From Octopus sinensis (lineage: Eukaryota), in the NCBI RefSeq assembly GCF_006345805.1, contig NC_042997.1:35278001-35342000 (forward strand): 64,000 bases of DNA, read 5' to 3'. The position numbers and the translations under genes were made by a program. Below the pieces are notes generated by a model, which saw only the letters and a program-made list of their open reading frames with translations, was not told the origin of the DNA and ran no database searches. Of the stretch, positions 12,353-24,780 are shown one piece after another; within the stretch, counting starts at the first letter, position 1, and each line of letters begins with the position of its first letter.

Positions 12353-12666
12353 TGATATATATATACATATATATATGTATTTATATATAGGTATATATAT
12401 ATATATATATATCATGCACACATATATATATATATGTATATATGTATATATATATATCTGAAATGATGGATGAATGTATGCGTACGCACGGGAATGTGCG
12501 GGCGACAGGTGTAGTTATCAACAGGCGCGCTTAGACATATACTATGAACTTTTTACCCCCTTACCTTAATTAGTGGCCATTCGAATAGCGCTTTTGTCTA
12601 AATGCGGTCAATAACACAGTAATTTCCTCTTGTATAACGGTAATTTTTCATAGCGTTTTTCCGATG

Positions 12667-12736
12667 GCCGGATAACTGAAGAGATGGTGGTGTGGATTTC
12701 CACCTCGGCATCCGAAACTCAGAGTTTTATCTTGGC
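12667..12736 (+). ncRNA. Type I hammerhead ribozyme (near-canonical)
   Basis: Stem I GCCGGATAA/TTATCT(T)GGC; CTGAAGA 12676-12682; stem II GATG..GTGG/CCAC..CATC with one extra C; GAAA 12714-12717; palindromic stem III ACTC-A-GAGT; GUU site with cut after 12726. Confidence 0.65.
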
Positions 12737-13226
12737 TACCAAATAATTGTCACATATTACATTTACAGATGAATTTCTCTATTTACATAATATTGAGGTC
12801 TCTTTCTTTCATTTCTTATCTTACCGTTACACGCACATCGAACGGCTTTTAGAATTGCCCTCCTAAAAACCAATGTACTTTTTCTTCGCAATTATGTTGT
12901 CTTCGACCATTGTTATAACTTCGGCTTCATTATCAACAGCGTTTATGAAACAGGAGTGATCAAGAGGCTGAGCTTCATCGTCAGGACAGTTTCAACTAGG
13001 TGTGACCTGTTGGTGTCACCTACGTGTGGCAATATCCTTTATAAGAGAAATCTACCTTGAAAATGCTTATTCAAGCTAAGATCATTAAATTTTTGTGGAG
13101 AAAGCAAGGGAATTTGTACGACAACAAAGACGAAAAAAAAGCAGAAAATACTACACAATTACAAATTCAAACAACAAGAACAGTTGTCTTCTTTGCAATT
13201 TTCTTAATGTTTTATATATGTATATA

Positions 13227-14511
<1,285 letters not shown>

Positions 14512-14869
14512 TATATATATATATATGGGTGTGTGTGATTGTGTATAGAAGAATATATTAATAAAAAGAATTCCAACCTTGTCTGATTTTCACGTTTTAT
14601 TACAATCTTATAATGATATATTATAAGATAATATATTATAATTGAATAAAATAAAATGAAATAGTAGAATGTTAAATATTCATTCTGATTGAACTAGTAC
14701 TTTCATGCATTGAATTCTGCAATCTTCGGGTTCATGTAGTAGTGTTGACAGTCATGCTTCACAATTATATTTATAAATCAGGATAATATTGATATTTAAA
14801 TATCGATATTATCAAGTGGCCAGCATGGGAATAAATACCACACAAAAATAATTTTTTCACAACTATAAA

Positions 14870-15033
14870 TAAGGGTATCTGAGAGACACCACCATGCCGA
14901 AATAGCAGTCAAAACCCTGACTCTAAAGAACACCTATAATGTTCATATCATATGGTGCGATATGAACATTTTAGGTGGTTTTTAGAGTCAGGGTTTTGAC
15001 TGCTATTGCGCCATGGTGGTGTCTCTCAGATAC

Positions 15034-15038
<5 letters not shown>
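14870..15038. mobile_element. Fully palindromic MITE-like element
   Basis: 80-bp arms (14870-14949 / 14959-15038), 75/80 complementary, 9-nt loop, TA at both termini. Confidence 0.75.
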
Positions 15039-15114
<76 letters not shown>

Positions 15115-15291
15115 ATATATGTGTGTGTGTATATATATGTATGTATGCATATAATACGCGTATTAAAATGTGTACAAAATACAAAATATCCCACCAGTAT
15201 ATGAGATGGGAATTCTGATACGTTAATGAACGTATTAGAATGACTGATACCCAATTCTTATATCTTTAATTAACGAAAGCCGTGTACTTAC

Positions 15292-15437
15292 CACATCAAT
15301 AATTTGTGCCAGTGCCACTCCGAAGGTCACATTAAGAGCCTCTGAGAAATTTGACGATGGCCGAACTTGCTTGTTGTAATTTTTCATTAAATCCCGCACC
15401 AAACGATACTCGTTTTCATCACATAAAGCTATACTTG
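15292..15437 (-). CDS. Internal coding exon (probable exon 2) of a nicotinic acetylcholine receptor subunit
   Basis: Acceptor tttcaatattcatttccAG and donor GTG|gtaagt; 146 bp, phase 1 to 0. Encodes SIALCDENEYRLVRDLMKNYNKQVRPSSNFSEALNVTFGVALAQIIDV, with the nAChR ExRLxxDLxxNY..RP helix, the N-x-S sequon and QIIDV ending at the conserved intron before DEKNQ. Resembles the alpha7/9/10-like branch; subtype not assignable from one exon. Confidence 0.93.
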
Positions 15438-18054
15438 CTGGAAATGAATATTGAAAGAAAAATAAAACCGTTAATACTGCAGTTTAATATATAAAGCAAA
15501 TTACAATATTCACTTTCATATGCACACATTTCTAGGGATAAATTTTAATTGTATTGTGCAAATGAATTTTATATCACGTATGGATTTTCTACTATTGTTA
15601 GATCTCCATTGAGAATAGAACACTAATCATTTCTGGAAGGGTACAGAATACTTTAAGATACTTTTCTTCGTTTCTTTTATTTGATCAGTTTTCTATAATC
15701 GAAATTTAAATATACGTTAACTTTCTGAAAAAATAACATCAATACAATTTATAGTTTTTCTGGTGTATACACATAAGAAAATGAAATTCATTAAATCATT
15801 TATAATTTTTTATTATTCTGCTTCGACCATAATAAAAGTGCTGTTTCGTTTCAGAATTAGAAATGAGTATTATATCTACGTATATGAAATCATAGCATCA
15901 TAATAACATTTTTTTGTAAGTTTAAATTACATGATAAAAATAATGAGCGATTCAAGAGAAGTACAAAAAATAATAATAATGCGTGAGAACAGATCGATAC
16001 AAAATTTACAAAGTTTCTTTAGCTGACATTGTTACTATTCGCATAGACAACAGCGAATGCTTGTTATATGTTGGGTAAAAATACCGACTTCAGAATCGTC
16101 TGCAAAACGGAAAATGTTACAGCATACTAAGAAGTGATAAGGTTATAAGTACCTTAGGAAGTTTCGAATATGAAAAATAGCTCAATAGTTTCAATGTACA
16201 CTAAAGCATATCCATTTTGAAGAAAACTGAGAACATTCTTTTGTAAGGCTTGGATCATAAGTATATTGCCATATGGATTTACTATTATGTCAACAGTATT
16301 TCATATCTACTTTTTCAGCAGTATCGTTCTTATTGAAATATTTACGTTATAATATTCTGCTCATTGATGTTCGTATTCTGCAACGTTACTTGTTCTTAAC
16401 TGACAAAATTAACATGCATCTCGCAGTTGAAATCCAATTTTGATTTTGAAATCAAGTTTCTGGTTTCGTACTTCACAAGCATATAATTTCCTATACTGAA
16501 AGTTTGACATACATACGTATTTCATTTGAATACGAAAATGGCGGACATACAATGCACGCCATTTTCTGTAACATAAATTTACCTAGCTGGTAAAAATCAG
16601 TTATTTATAGTGACTTTTCTTTGTTCTGCATTTGATATGTATTTGATATTAAACATCGGATAATTAGAAAATGAAAAATTATATTGCATTCCTATAAAAT
16701 TTAGTTAATAGTAAATTACATTTGCCGTTAAGAAATATATGTAATTCGAATAAGAAATTCATTTGTGCAAATGTTGTACAACGTGGGTTAAAATATTAAA
16801 GCATATTTGGCACCAGAATAATCATTACAGTGCATAGAATGAAACTTTGCCTTGAATGAATGTAAGTAAGACACTATCGAGTAATAAATTTAGCAAGTTA
16901 TATAGTGTACGTTATTGAAAAACTTTATAAGAGAGACAATTTTAAAGGTTTTTATTGTATTTTCGTTTATATTAATTGTCATACTATTTATTTTAATATC
17001 TCCTGATGAATATTTCCTGATTAGTCGCTTTCATCTAGACCTTTTGCAATATTGATTTTGTAATTTGGTTTTTCATCAAGATGAAACTAATAAATAAATA
17101 AATCTTAATAAAACAAAGACAGGGAAAAAGAATTATTATAAAGAAAAGATTTGATGTTATTTGTTTTCTCTCATCTATTTAATCGCATCAATAAATACAG
17201 GATATTGTTTGACCTTCATTGCAATCCATAGAAACTATTACTTGAAGCTCAAACATTACAAAGTTTTAATAAATAGCTTTTGTCCCCCGTGACATATTTA
17301 AACTTTTTCTCCTCGAAGCAAATTTAATTCCATAGTGAAATGATTAATGGTGAACAGTCACTTGGCTTGAAGCAAATAATAATTTTCTGTTGGCAAACGT
17401 AGAACCGGAAGTTTCGACGTTTCTGCTTCCTTTGCCACGATAAATTTCTACAATATTTGAGCATCGTTTGTTGAAGCAGAAAGGCAGGAAACTCGGACAC
17501 CTGCTACGCTGTCCATTCTGTCGAATGCCGTGTACGACGATTCTACTACATAATGATATTGTGTTAGTATTATGTTCAATTTATCTTGATATTTTGATTG
17601 CTACCCATGTTGTTTTCCTTTTTGTTAGTTTACTTTAGACAATTGCTTTTACATACGGCTTTATATATTCTGTAAATATTAGTGAGATAATCATTTTACG
17701 TGATTGTTATCAATGAATTTATAAATACTCTCAGCATCACACTATTCTTTTCTTGTAACTGATTCGCTTATTTAAATGAAATATACTATTAAAAGTTTCG
17801 AGTGCTGCTTCATCTAAACTTTATAAGGATGTTTTCAAGAAAATCCGATTAACGCATCAGTCTCTGTGATACCGATATTTTCGTCTTCTCTGAAGATTAT
17901 ATATAAAAGTTAGTTGTAGTGAATATATGCATTGATACCTTACTTCTGTTATCATCCAAATGTTGCTTTCAAGTATTTTCATTGAATGAACTGTATATAA
18001 ATGTTGTCGTATATAAACAAATGCTTTGATGTTTTCCAATATCTCTCCCTCACT

Positions 18055-18063
18055 AATCTATCA

Positions 18064-18134
<71 letters not shown>

Positions 18135-18214
18135 ATCTATCTATCTATCTATCTGTCTGTCTGTCTGTCTATCTATATATATATATATATATATCTATCT
18201 ATCTATCTATCTAC

Positions 18215-18259
<45 letters not shown>

Positions 18260-18382
18260 CTATCTATCTACCTATAAATCTATCTATCTGTCTGTCTATC
18301 TGCCCATCTATGTATCGGTCTATGTATACCTACCTACCTACCTACCTACCTACCTACCTACCTATATATATATATATATATA
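18055..18382. repeat. (ATCT)n/(ACCT)n/(TA)n microsatellite
   Basis: Directly visible. Confidence 0.95.
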
Positions 18383-19060
18383 TGCAAACTTATTACTGAA
18401 ACACAGATGTTGTGTTGCGAATCATGTTTCACGCCACTGCATTCGGTTCTCGCTTATATTGTTATCATAAAATTGTACATGGCCCATATATTTAATGATA
18501 ATGTTAGTAATAAAGTCGACAGTTGTGTGACTTAGCATAATCGCTTAGAGAAATCTCTTCCACGTGCAGAATAACATTCGACGAATCTCAAATAAATATT
18601 CATACTGGAACAAAATGCAACTTTTTTCTTCATTATTGTCCTTCCATCTATTGGGTAACAATAGCAAGCAAGCAAATATAGGATTGGCAATATCTGTCTC
18701 ATTACTGATGTAGGTCAGCAACAAATTTCTTAATAATTTGAAACATGTTGAGCAAATTATTATCAGAGGCTTTCTGTTAGCAAGCACAATCGTATTTATC
18801 ACAAACTTATGATGTCCGAATCGCTGGCGTAGTGAGGTTATCATAGTATAGTTCGAATTGATTGCGAAGATTTATACATTCGATAATATAAATTTTGACA
18901 AAATGTGTGTTTTAAAACAACAAAATGCAAAAGAAGATAATAAGAAATGTTCATTAATAATCAATAATAAGAACTGCAGTATTATCGAGGGGTTGATACA
19001 GAAGTCATCATTATCACCAATAACTTCATCTACAACCGCATCAATAATAGTAAAATCAAC

Positions 19061-19223
19061 CGCGCAGGGGTGGCTGTGTGGTAAGTAGCTTGCTTACCAA
19101 CCACATGGTTCCGGGTTCAGTCCCACTGCGTGGCACCTTGGGCAAGTGTCCTCTACTATAGCCTCGGGCCGACCAAAGACTTGTGAGTGGATTTGGTAGA
19201 CGGAAACTGAAAGAATCCCGTCG

Positions 19224-19261
<38 letters not shown>

Positions 19262-19483
19262 CGTGTATGTTTGCGTGTTTGTGTTTGTCCTCCTGGCATT
19301 GCTTGACAACCGATGCTGATGTGTTTATGTCCCCGTCACTTAACGGTTCGGCAAAAGAGACCGATAGAATAAGTACTGAGCTTACAAAGAATAAGTCCCG
19401 GGGTCGAGTTGCTCGACTAAAGGCGGTACTCCAGCATGGCTCCAGTCAAAATGACTGAAACAGGTAAAAGAGAGTAAAGAGAG
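19061..19483 (+). mobile_element. tRNA-derived SINE, family B (GGCTGTGTGGTAAG head, internal TA/TG repeat)
   Basis: GTGGCTGTGTGGTAAG, GGTTCAGTCCC B-box, CACCTTGGGCAAGTG core, tail GACTGAAACAGGTAAAAGAG. Other copies at 39.8, 42.6 and 46.2 kb. Confidence 0.85.
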
Positions 19484-19689
19484 CCCAAGCATAGGGTGTT
19501 CCGGTTAAAGTTGACGATTTTTATGTTTCTAATTCTTTCAAGAATATCTCGATATATTGCCGAAAAGCCACCGCTGTAGGAGATCCTGTACAATGAATAT
19601 TTAGTTAAAAGACATTAACTGATATGGAGAACTAGACGCAATGTGAATGTTGGAAAACGGTCACTTGTATTATGAAGAGTCGCACCTTA

Positions 19690-20200
19690 TATCTAAATGC
19701 CGACGTCATACTTTGTGATCACCATAAAGGCTGCAACATGTGACGTATTCATGTCACACGGATTATGAAAGCCATGCTCCCCTAAACTGTAATGGTATCT
19801 GTGTGTGTTTCCGATGAAGGTGACTACATGCCAACCCATAAAATTGAACAGAGCCTTAAGACCAAATTAAGACGGCTGTGTGAAACTCGTATAGGCCTTT
19901 GTCAAAACCCGACTTGAGTAGGTTGCTGATGGAAGGACAAATGTATGGTAGTAGCACTGGGATGCTTGATATACTTCCGAAAGAGTCAGAAATGGTTGTC
20001 GCTGAATTTCTACGACGTCACTATCCCCAATGTCATGCTTTTTAATTTTCCCGATTGTAATCCAAATGGATTGTGATATGCGGACCCAAGTTAAGAAAGA
20101 CAACAACCAGCCTACCTGGAGCGCAAGGCCGTGCTTGTGTCGAAAATCAAGGAGATGGTCAAATATCTTTAGAGTTAATGCAAGGAACTCATGCACCATG
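19690..20200 (-). mobile_element. Highly decayed RTE-like RT fragment
   Basis: Minus strand FLNLG.HI, YHTFVLPSATYSS.VLTK and HVA; resembles RTE F.YLGS / VLP...Y.SETW / GHV motifs. Confidence 0.4.
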
Positions 20201-20972
20201 TTCTGGAGTCGTGCATGTTCATATGTATAATTTATCATGCTAAGTAATAGTTAACTATAATCGAGACCTATATTCATTATTGTATAGTACGCCACATAAT
20301 GTTCATATGGCCGTTATACGATATTCGGTTTAAAAAAATTATCTTTGCTGTTACTTCATAGACGTATTGTAAGACCGTAATTATAGAAATAATGTAATGT
20401 TCTTTCTCAATATATCTTCAAATGCGTAACAGTAAAAAATGATGATTGCATTGTACTCGATATAATGTGGTAATTATTTAGATATGTTTAATAATTACAC
20501 TGTTTGCTACACTCCTATCGAGAGCTCAGTTTCTTGAAGCACGTAATGTATTTTATGACAAGAATATATAGAACAAAAAAATCATATTGACTCTGAAAGT
20601 TTTGAGTCTCAAAGTTATACAGCAAAATTCACCTAAATTTTTAAAATTAAACATACTCAATTTGAAAACACGTATAGGCTACGTAAAGTTACTTATCATA
20701 AGCATTCAGTGTCTTCACTCGCATACTTTGAACGAAAATATAGCTATGTGTCTATTTCTTTCTCATTATGGAACTAATGTACATTCGTAATAGAACGGTT
20801 TGTCGGTTTTAACACCAAAGAACATTACGCATTTACTCAATTGAACATAGTAAAGATATTGCAAAGTGGAATACCAATTCCCTTTTCAAAGCGATAAACA
20901 TTTATTTCTTCCAGCTGTCCACATTGGCAATTATATATATATATATATATATACACACACATATATATATAT

Positions 20973-21199
20973 GGGGTGCGTGTGTATGCGTGTGAGTGTC
21001 TGTGTGTGTGTGTATGTATATGTGTATGTATGTATATATATATATATATATATATACATATATACATATAGATGCACACATAAATATATATGTATGTATA
21101 TGTGTGAATATATATATATATATATATATATGCATACATAATTCATACATACACAGACATATATATATATATACATGTATGTATGTACATACATACACG

Positions 21200-21230
<31 letters not shown>

Positions 21231-21355
21231 TCATACATATACATACATATATATTTACGTGTGCATATATATGTATATATGTATATATATATATACATAC
21301 GTACACATATACATACACACACACACAGACACTCACACACATACACACGCACCCC
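20973..21355. repeat. Fold-back (inverted) duplication of a compound microsatellite
   Basis: Anchor GGGGTGCGTGTGTATG.GTGTGAGTGTCTGTG at 20973 (+) and 21355 (-); ~140-bp arms. Confidence 0.8.
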
Positions 21356-23084
21356 ACCCCCACACAAATATATATAGTGCGTGCTTGAAAACGATGGGCT
21401 TTATATGCAAATGACTTTGTGTTGGCATTCTTTCTATTAAGTTCCTTTAGCGAGCGAGAAGGCTGTAATTATGGTAATGTATGTTTCTATGAGAATGGAA
21501 TCGACAGAGAAGATTGCCGAATGGTATAGAGAGGAACTTATCAATGATTGGCAATAATTTTATATATTGATTCGCTAATTTATCTCAAACTTGGTTATGC
21601 TAAAATTTTATAAGAGCTTTTTCTTGTCATAAACATTGATACATATATTTGTGGATATAAATATGTCATTTCTAAATAAGTTTAGTTCATAAATTTTATT
21701 TTTACACACTCATACGTTGTGAAATTGTTGTGATGAAGCTATGTTAGTCTTGATATCTGAGAAAATCTCTAGACTGCACGGAAGAGAATCTTTACAAATA
21801 GGATGATCTGAATGTGTATTTTCGATTTCACTATAATGAAGCTGTTGAAATTCAGTATTAAAAGTGGCTCGAATTTTCCGTCGAAATCCCTAGTGTAATC
21901 ATGATTGATCGAGAAGCATATTTCTTTACAATAGCCCACTAGGAACATGACTTACAGCAGTAGGTGATTTACCCTTCATATTACAGTTACTGAAAAAAAA
22001 GAGATTTTGCAGAATTTAATGTCCTTTGCAACGATAAAACCTGCTTGGTTTAAAGTGTGCTGTATGAAATAATAATAGTTTAGGATTTCTTTCTTCTTTT
22101 GATAATTGTGGCTGTATATTGTAGATCACAGTTACAATTATGAAATAGAGAATTTTCTAATGATATCGAATGGCGATATACCGAAATTATTGACTTCAGA
22201 ACGATATTAGAAAATTGTTGATATATTTCAAAGACTAAATGTCATCTTATATATGGGGTAAAGAAAATGCCAACATCATGCCTCCTGTTAGTCTATCAAA
22301 GTATATATGCATAAATGTTCAGGCTCCGATAGAATCAAGTTAATCAAATATCAAATACCACGAAACAGAGTCGGCGATATCGCACTTGTGCACTAACAAT
22401 GTGTACAGACACACATGTTTTTACTAATGTAAATACGGATTTTTTCCTCCAGGTATGCATACATTCACAAACTTTGACCAAAATACACAATAGTACCCAA
22501 AGTCACACAAGAGTACAATATGGCACGTATTCCACAGTCGACTATAGGTTCGAGATCCAACGAAGGGAAAGTTCCGACCTCGGTGAAGTATAAACAATAA
22601 AACAGATAGGTTGAGGTTCCCTAGAGCTGTTTCAGTCTTCTTCTTTGTTGATGAACAAAACTATTTCATCATGTAAAAATAAAAACTGTTTTACTAAGGA
22701 GAATTAAGTGTAAAATTATTTTTCACGTAAATAGTACATAATGCTTAATCGACACTTCGATCTTGGTTACAGCTGCGAGAGTGAGCACAGATGAATATAG
22801 AGCATTCCCTATTCAAAACACTGTCATATGTGAAATCACACCAACCAAGAACATTTCCTTCTAAATATAATCCAACATGTTCCCACAGCACCATCACCAA
22901 AATAGAGGAAATTAATTACCTTCCCTACTTCTAATAATAACAATCCCTGATTACGGCTCCTAAAATTTATTTCCTTCCTGATCCATTTACAAAATAAGAT
23001 GGAATGAAAATTTAAAACATGATTTGCATAAGCGAAGCCAGTCGACTATATAAATGTTTTATTTGATAAAATCATATATATAAA

Positions 23085-23141
<57 letters not shown>

Positions 23142-23685
23142 ATATATATATATGTGTGTGTATATATATACATATATATACATATACATAGATAATGTAT
23201 TTATATATACACGAATGTGTGTGTATGCATGTATAATCGCGTATACGCTGAAAACATATTCAAATCTAAGACAATTGGATTATATATAAATACTAATCTC
23301 AATGTTTAAAATACGTTATATGAATTGAAAAGGAACAATTTTAGCATAGAATAGAATGGATATAAATTTTCAAGATCTGTATCATCAGAAAATATAATTA
23401 AATTTAAGGTTTCAAATTCATACTGATACCATTGTGAATTTGTAATGGATTAATTTAATCACATTTTGCACTATTTGTGTTTTTAAAGTTATGCGTATTT
23501 TCTATCAGTACAAACAGAAGGTATGTGTAACTCATTCTTTTAGAAACCAGAGATAGTGGGAAAATATGACAATGTAAATTTGCAGTTTTCCTTGAATTCA
23601 TAAGATACACGCTTTGATAGAAAAGTATCGAAAGCTTGTCCAAAATATGTACAAGAAGGTTTCATCCATGACGCGCGCGTAAAAT

Positions 23686-23808
23686 GATAATAATAATGGT
23701 AATAATAATGATAATAATAATAATGGATGATAATGATGATGATGATAATAATAATATTAATAACAACAACAACAACAACAACACAACAACAACAGCAACA
23801 ACAACAAC

Positions 23809-23867
<59 letters not shown>

Positions 23868-23890
23868 TAGTAATAATAAAAATAATAATA

Positions 23891-23953
<63 letters not shown>

Positions 23954-23968
23954 TAATAATAATAATAA
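23686..23968. repeat. (AAT)n/(AAC)n/(GAT)n trinucleotide array
   Basis: Directly visible. Confidence 0.95.
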
Positions 23969-24780
23969 TGAAGGTTTTATATAGGCGGCACATAACGAAG
24001 GTTTGCTTAGCAAATATTATCAGCCCAACACTCTTCAAAACGGCCCTGGTGGTGAACACCGATTCTGCGGTATATTTGGTGAAACAATAAATAGGCCATC
24101 GTATCTCGGGATGTACTGTGCTCGCACTAATCAAATACAAATATAGCCAGGAATATGTAGGACTGTATTTACATTGGAAAATATGTAAACACTACAAAAT
24201 CAACACTCTTGCTTACTGGTTTGAACAACATCACGGACCAACCGTTGAAGATAAAACGTCACTATCCACTGGGAGTTTCTAGTTAATAGCGACAGAACGA
24301 TCCAAGATAATTTACCAGCCATAGTCATTAATGACAAGGAAAAACATAAATACTTATAAACTAATGGCTATAAGTGTTCCCTCCGATAAAAGTCTATCTG
24401 TAAAAGAATTTGATAAATGAAATAAATATAAGGACCTGGAAATTGAAACGTCTTAAAACAAGAACTGTTCCTTTTATGATGGGTGCCCTAGTTATGATAA
24501 GAAAGGGATGTCAAAAACATCTAGATATCATACCAGGAGAACCATATCTCAGAGAAATCCAAAAGATTGTGCTGACATGCACAGCCTACATCATTAGAAA
24601 AAAACTTATCAATTTAATTGTCTGTGTTGTATTACGCAAAGATATTTCGCTAATGCTCCTGCCACATACCCTTCGCAAGCTTTCTCTCATACACAGCATC
24701 TCCTATGCTTCCCTGGACCTAGGACGCTGGATGTGTCCCGGCAAGGGATTGTAACAAACATGAAGATTAAGAGTAAATAA
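23969..24780 (+). mobile_element. R4/Dong-like non-LTR element, 3' fragment (CCHC region plus restriction-like endonuclease)
   Basis: EGFI.AA..., ET.....SGC, LHWKICKHYKI, VTIHW.F.VNSDRTIQ.N.P.IVI.DKE, KEFDK..KYKDLEI, KTVP..MGAL.MIRKG, EIQKIVLT.TAYIIRK. Flanked by (TAA)-type repeats. Confidence 0.8.

Larger units (their letters stand above)
11511..12611. mobile_element. Inverted-repeat-bounded unit (MITE-like, TA-flanked) with nested inserts
   Basis: 11511-11584 is the exact reverse complement of 12538-12611 (TTGACCGCATTTAGACAAAAGCGC...). Similarity continues ~22 bp inward; TA on both outer sides. Confidence 0.65.

Noticed and set aside
15292-15437. Cephalopod chemotactile receptor (CR) identity
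   Set aside because: The canonical nAChR intron position and a conventional helix/QIIDV sequence argue for a standard subunit. It cannot be fully excluded from one exon.
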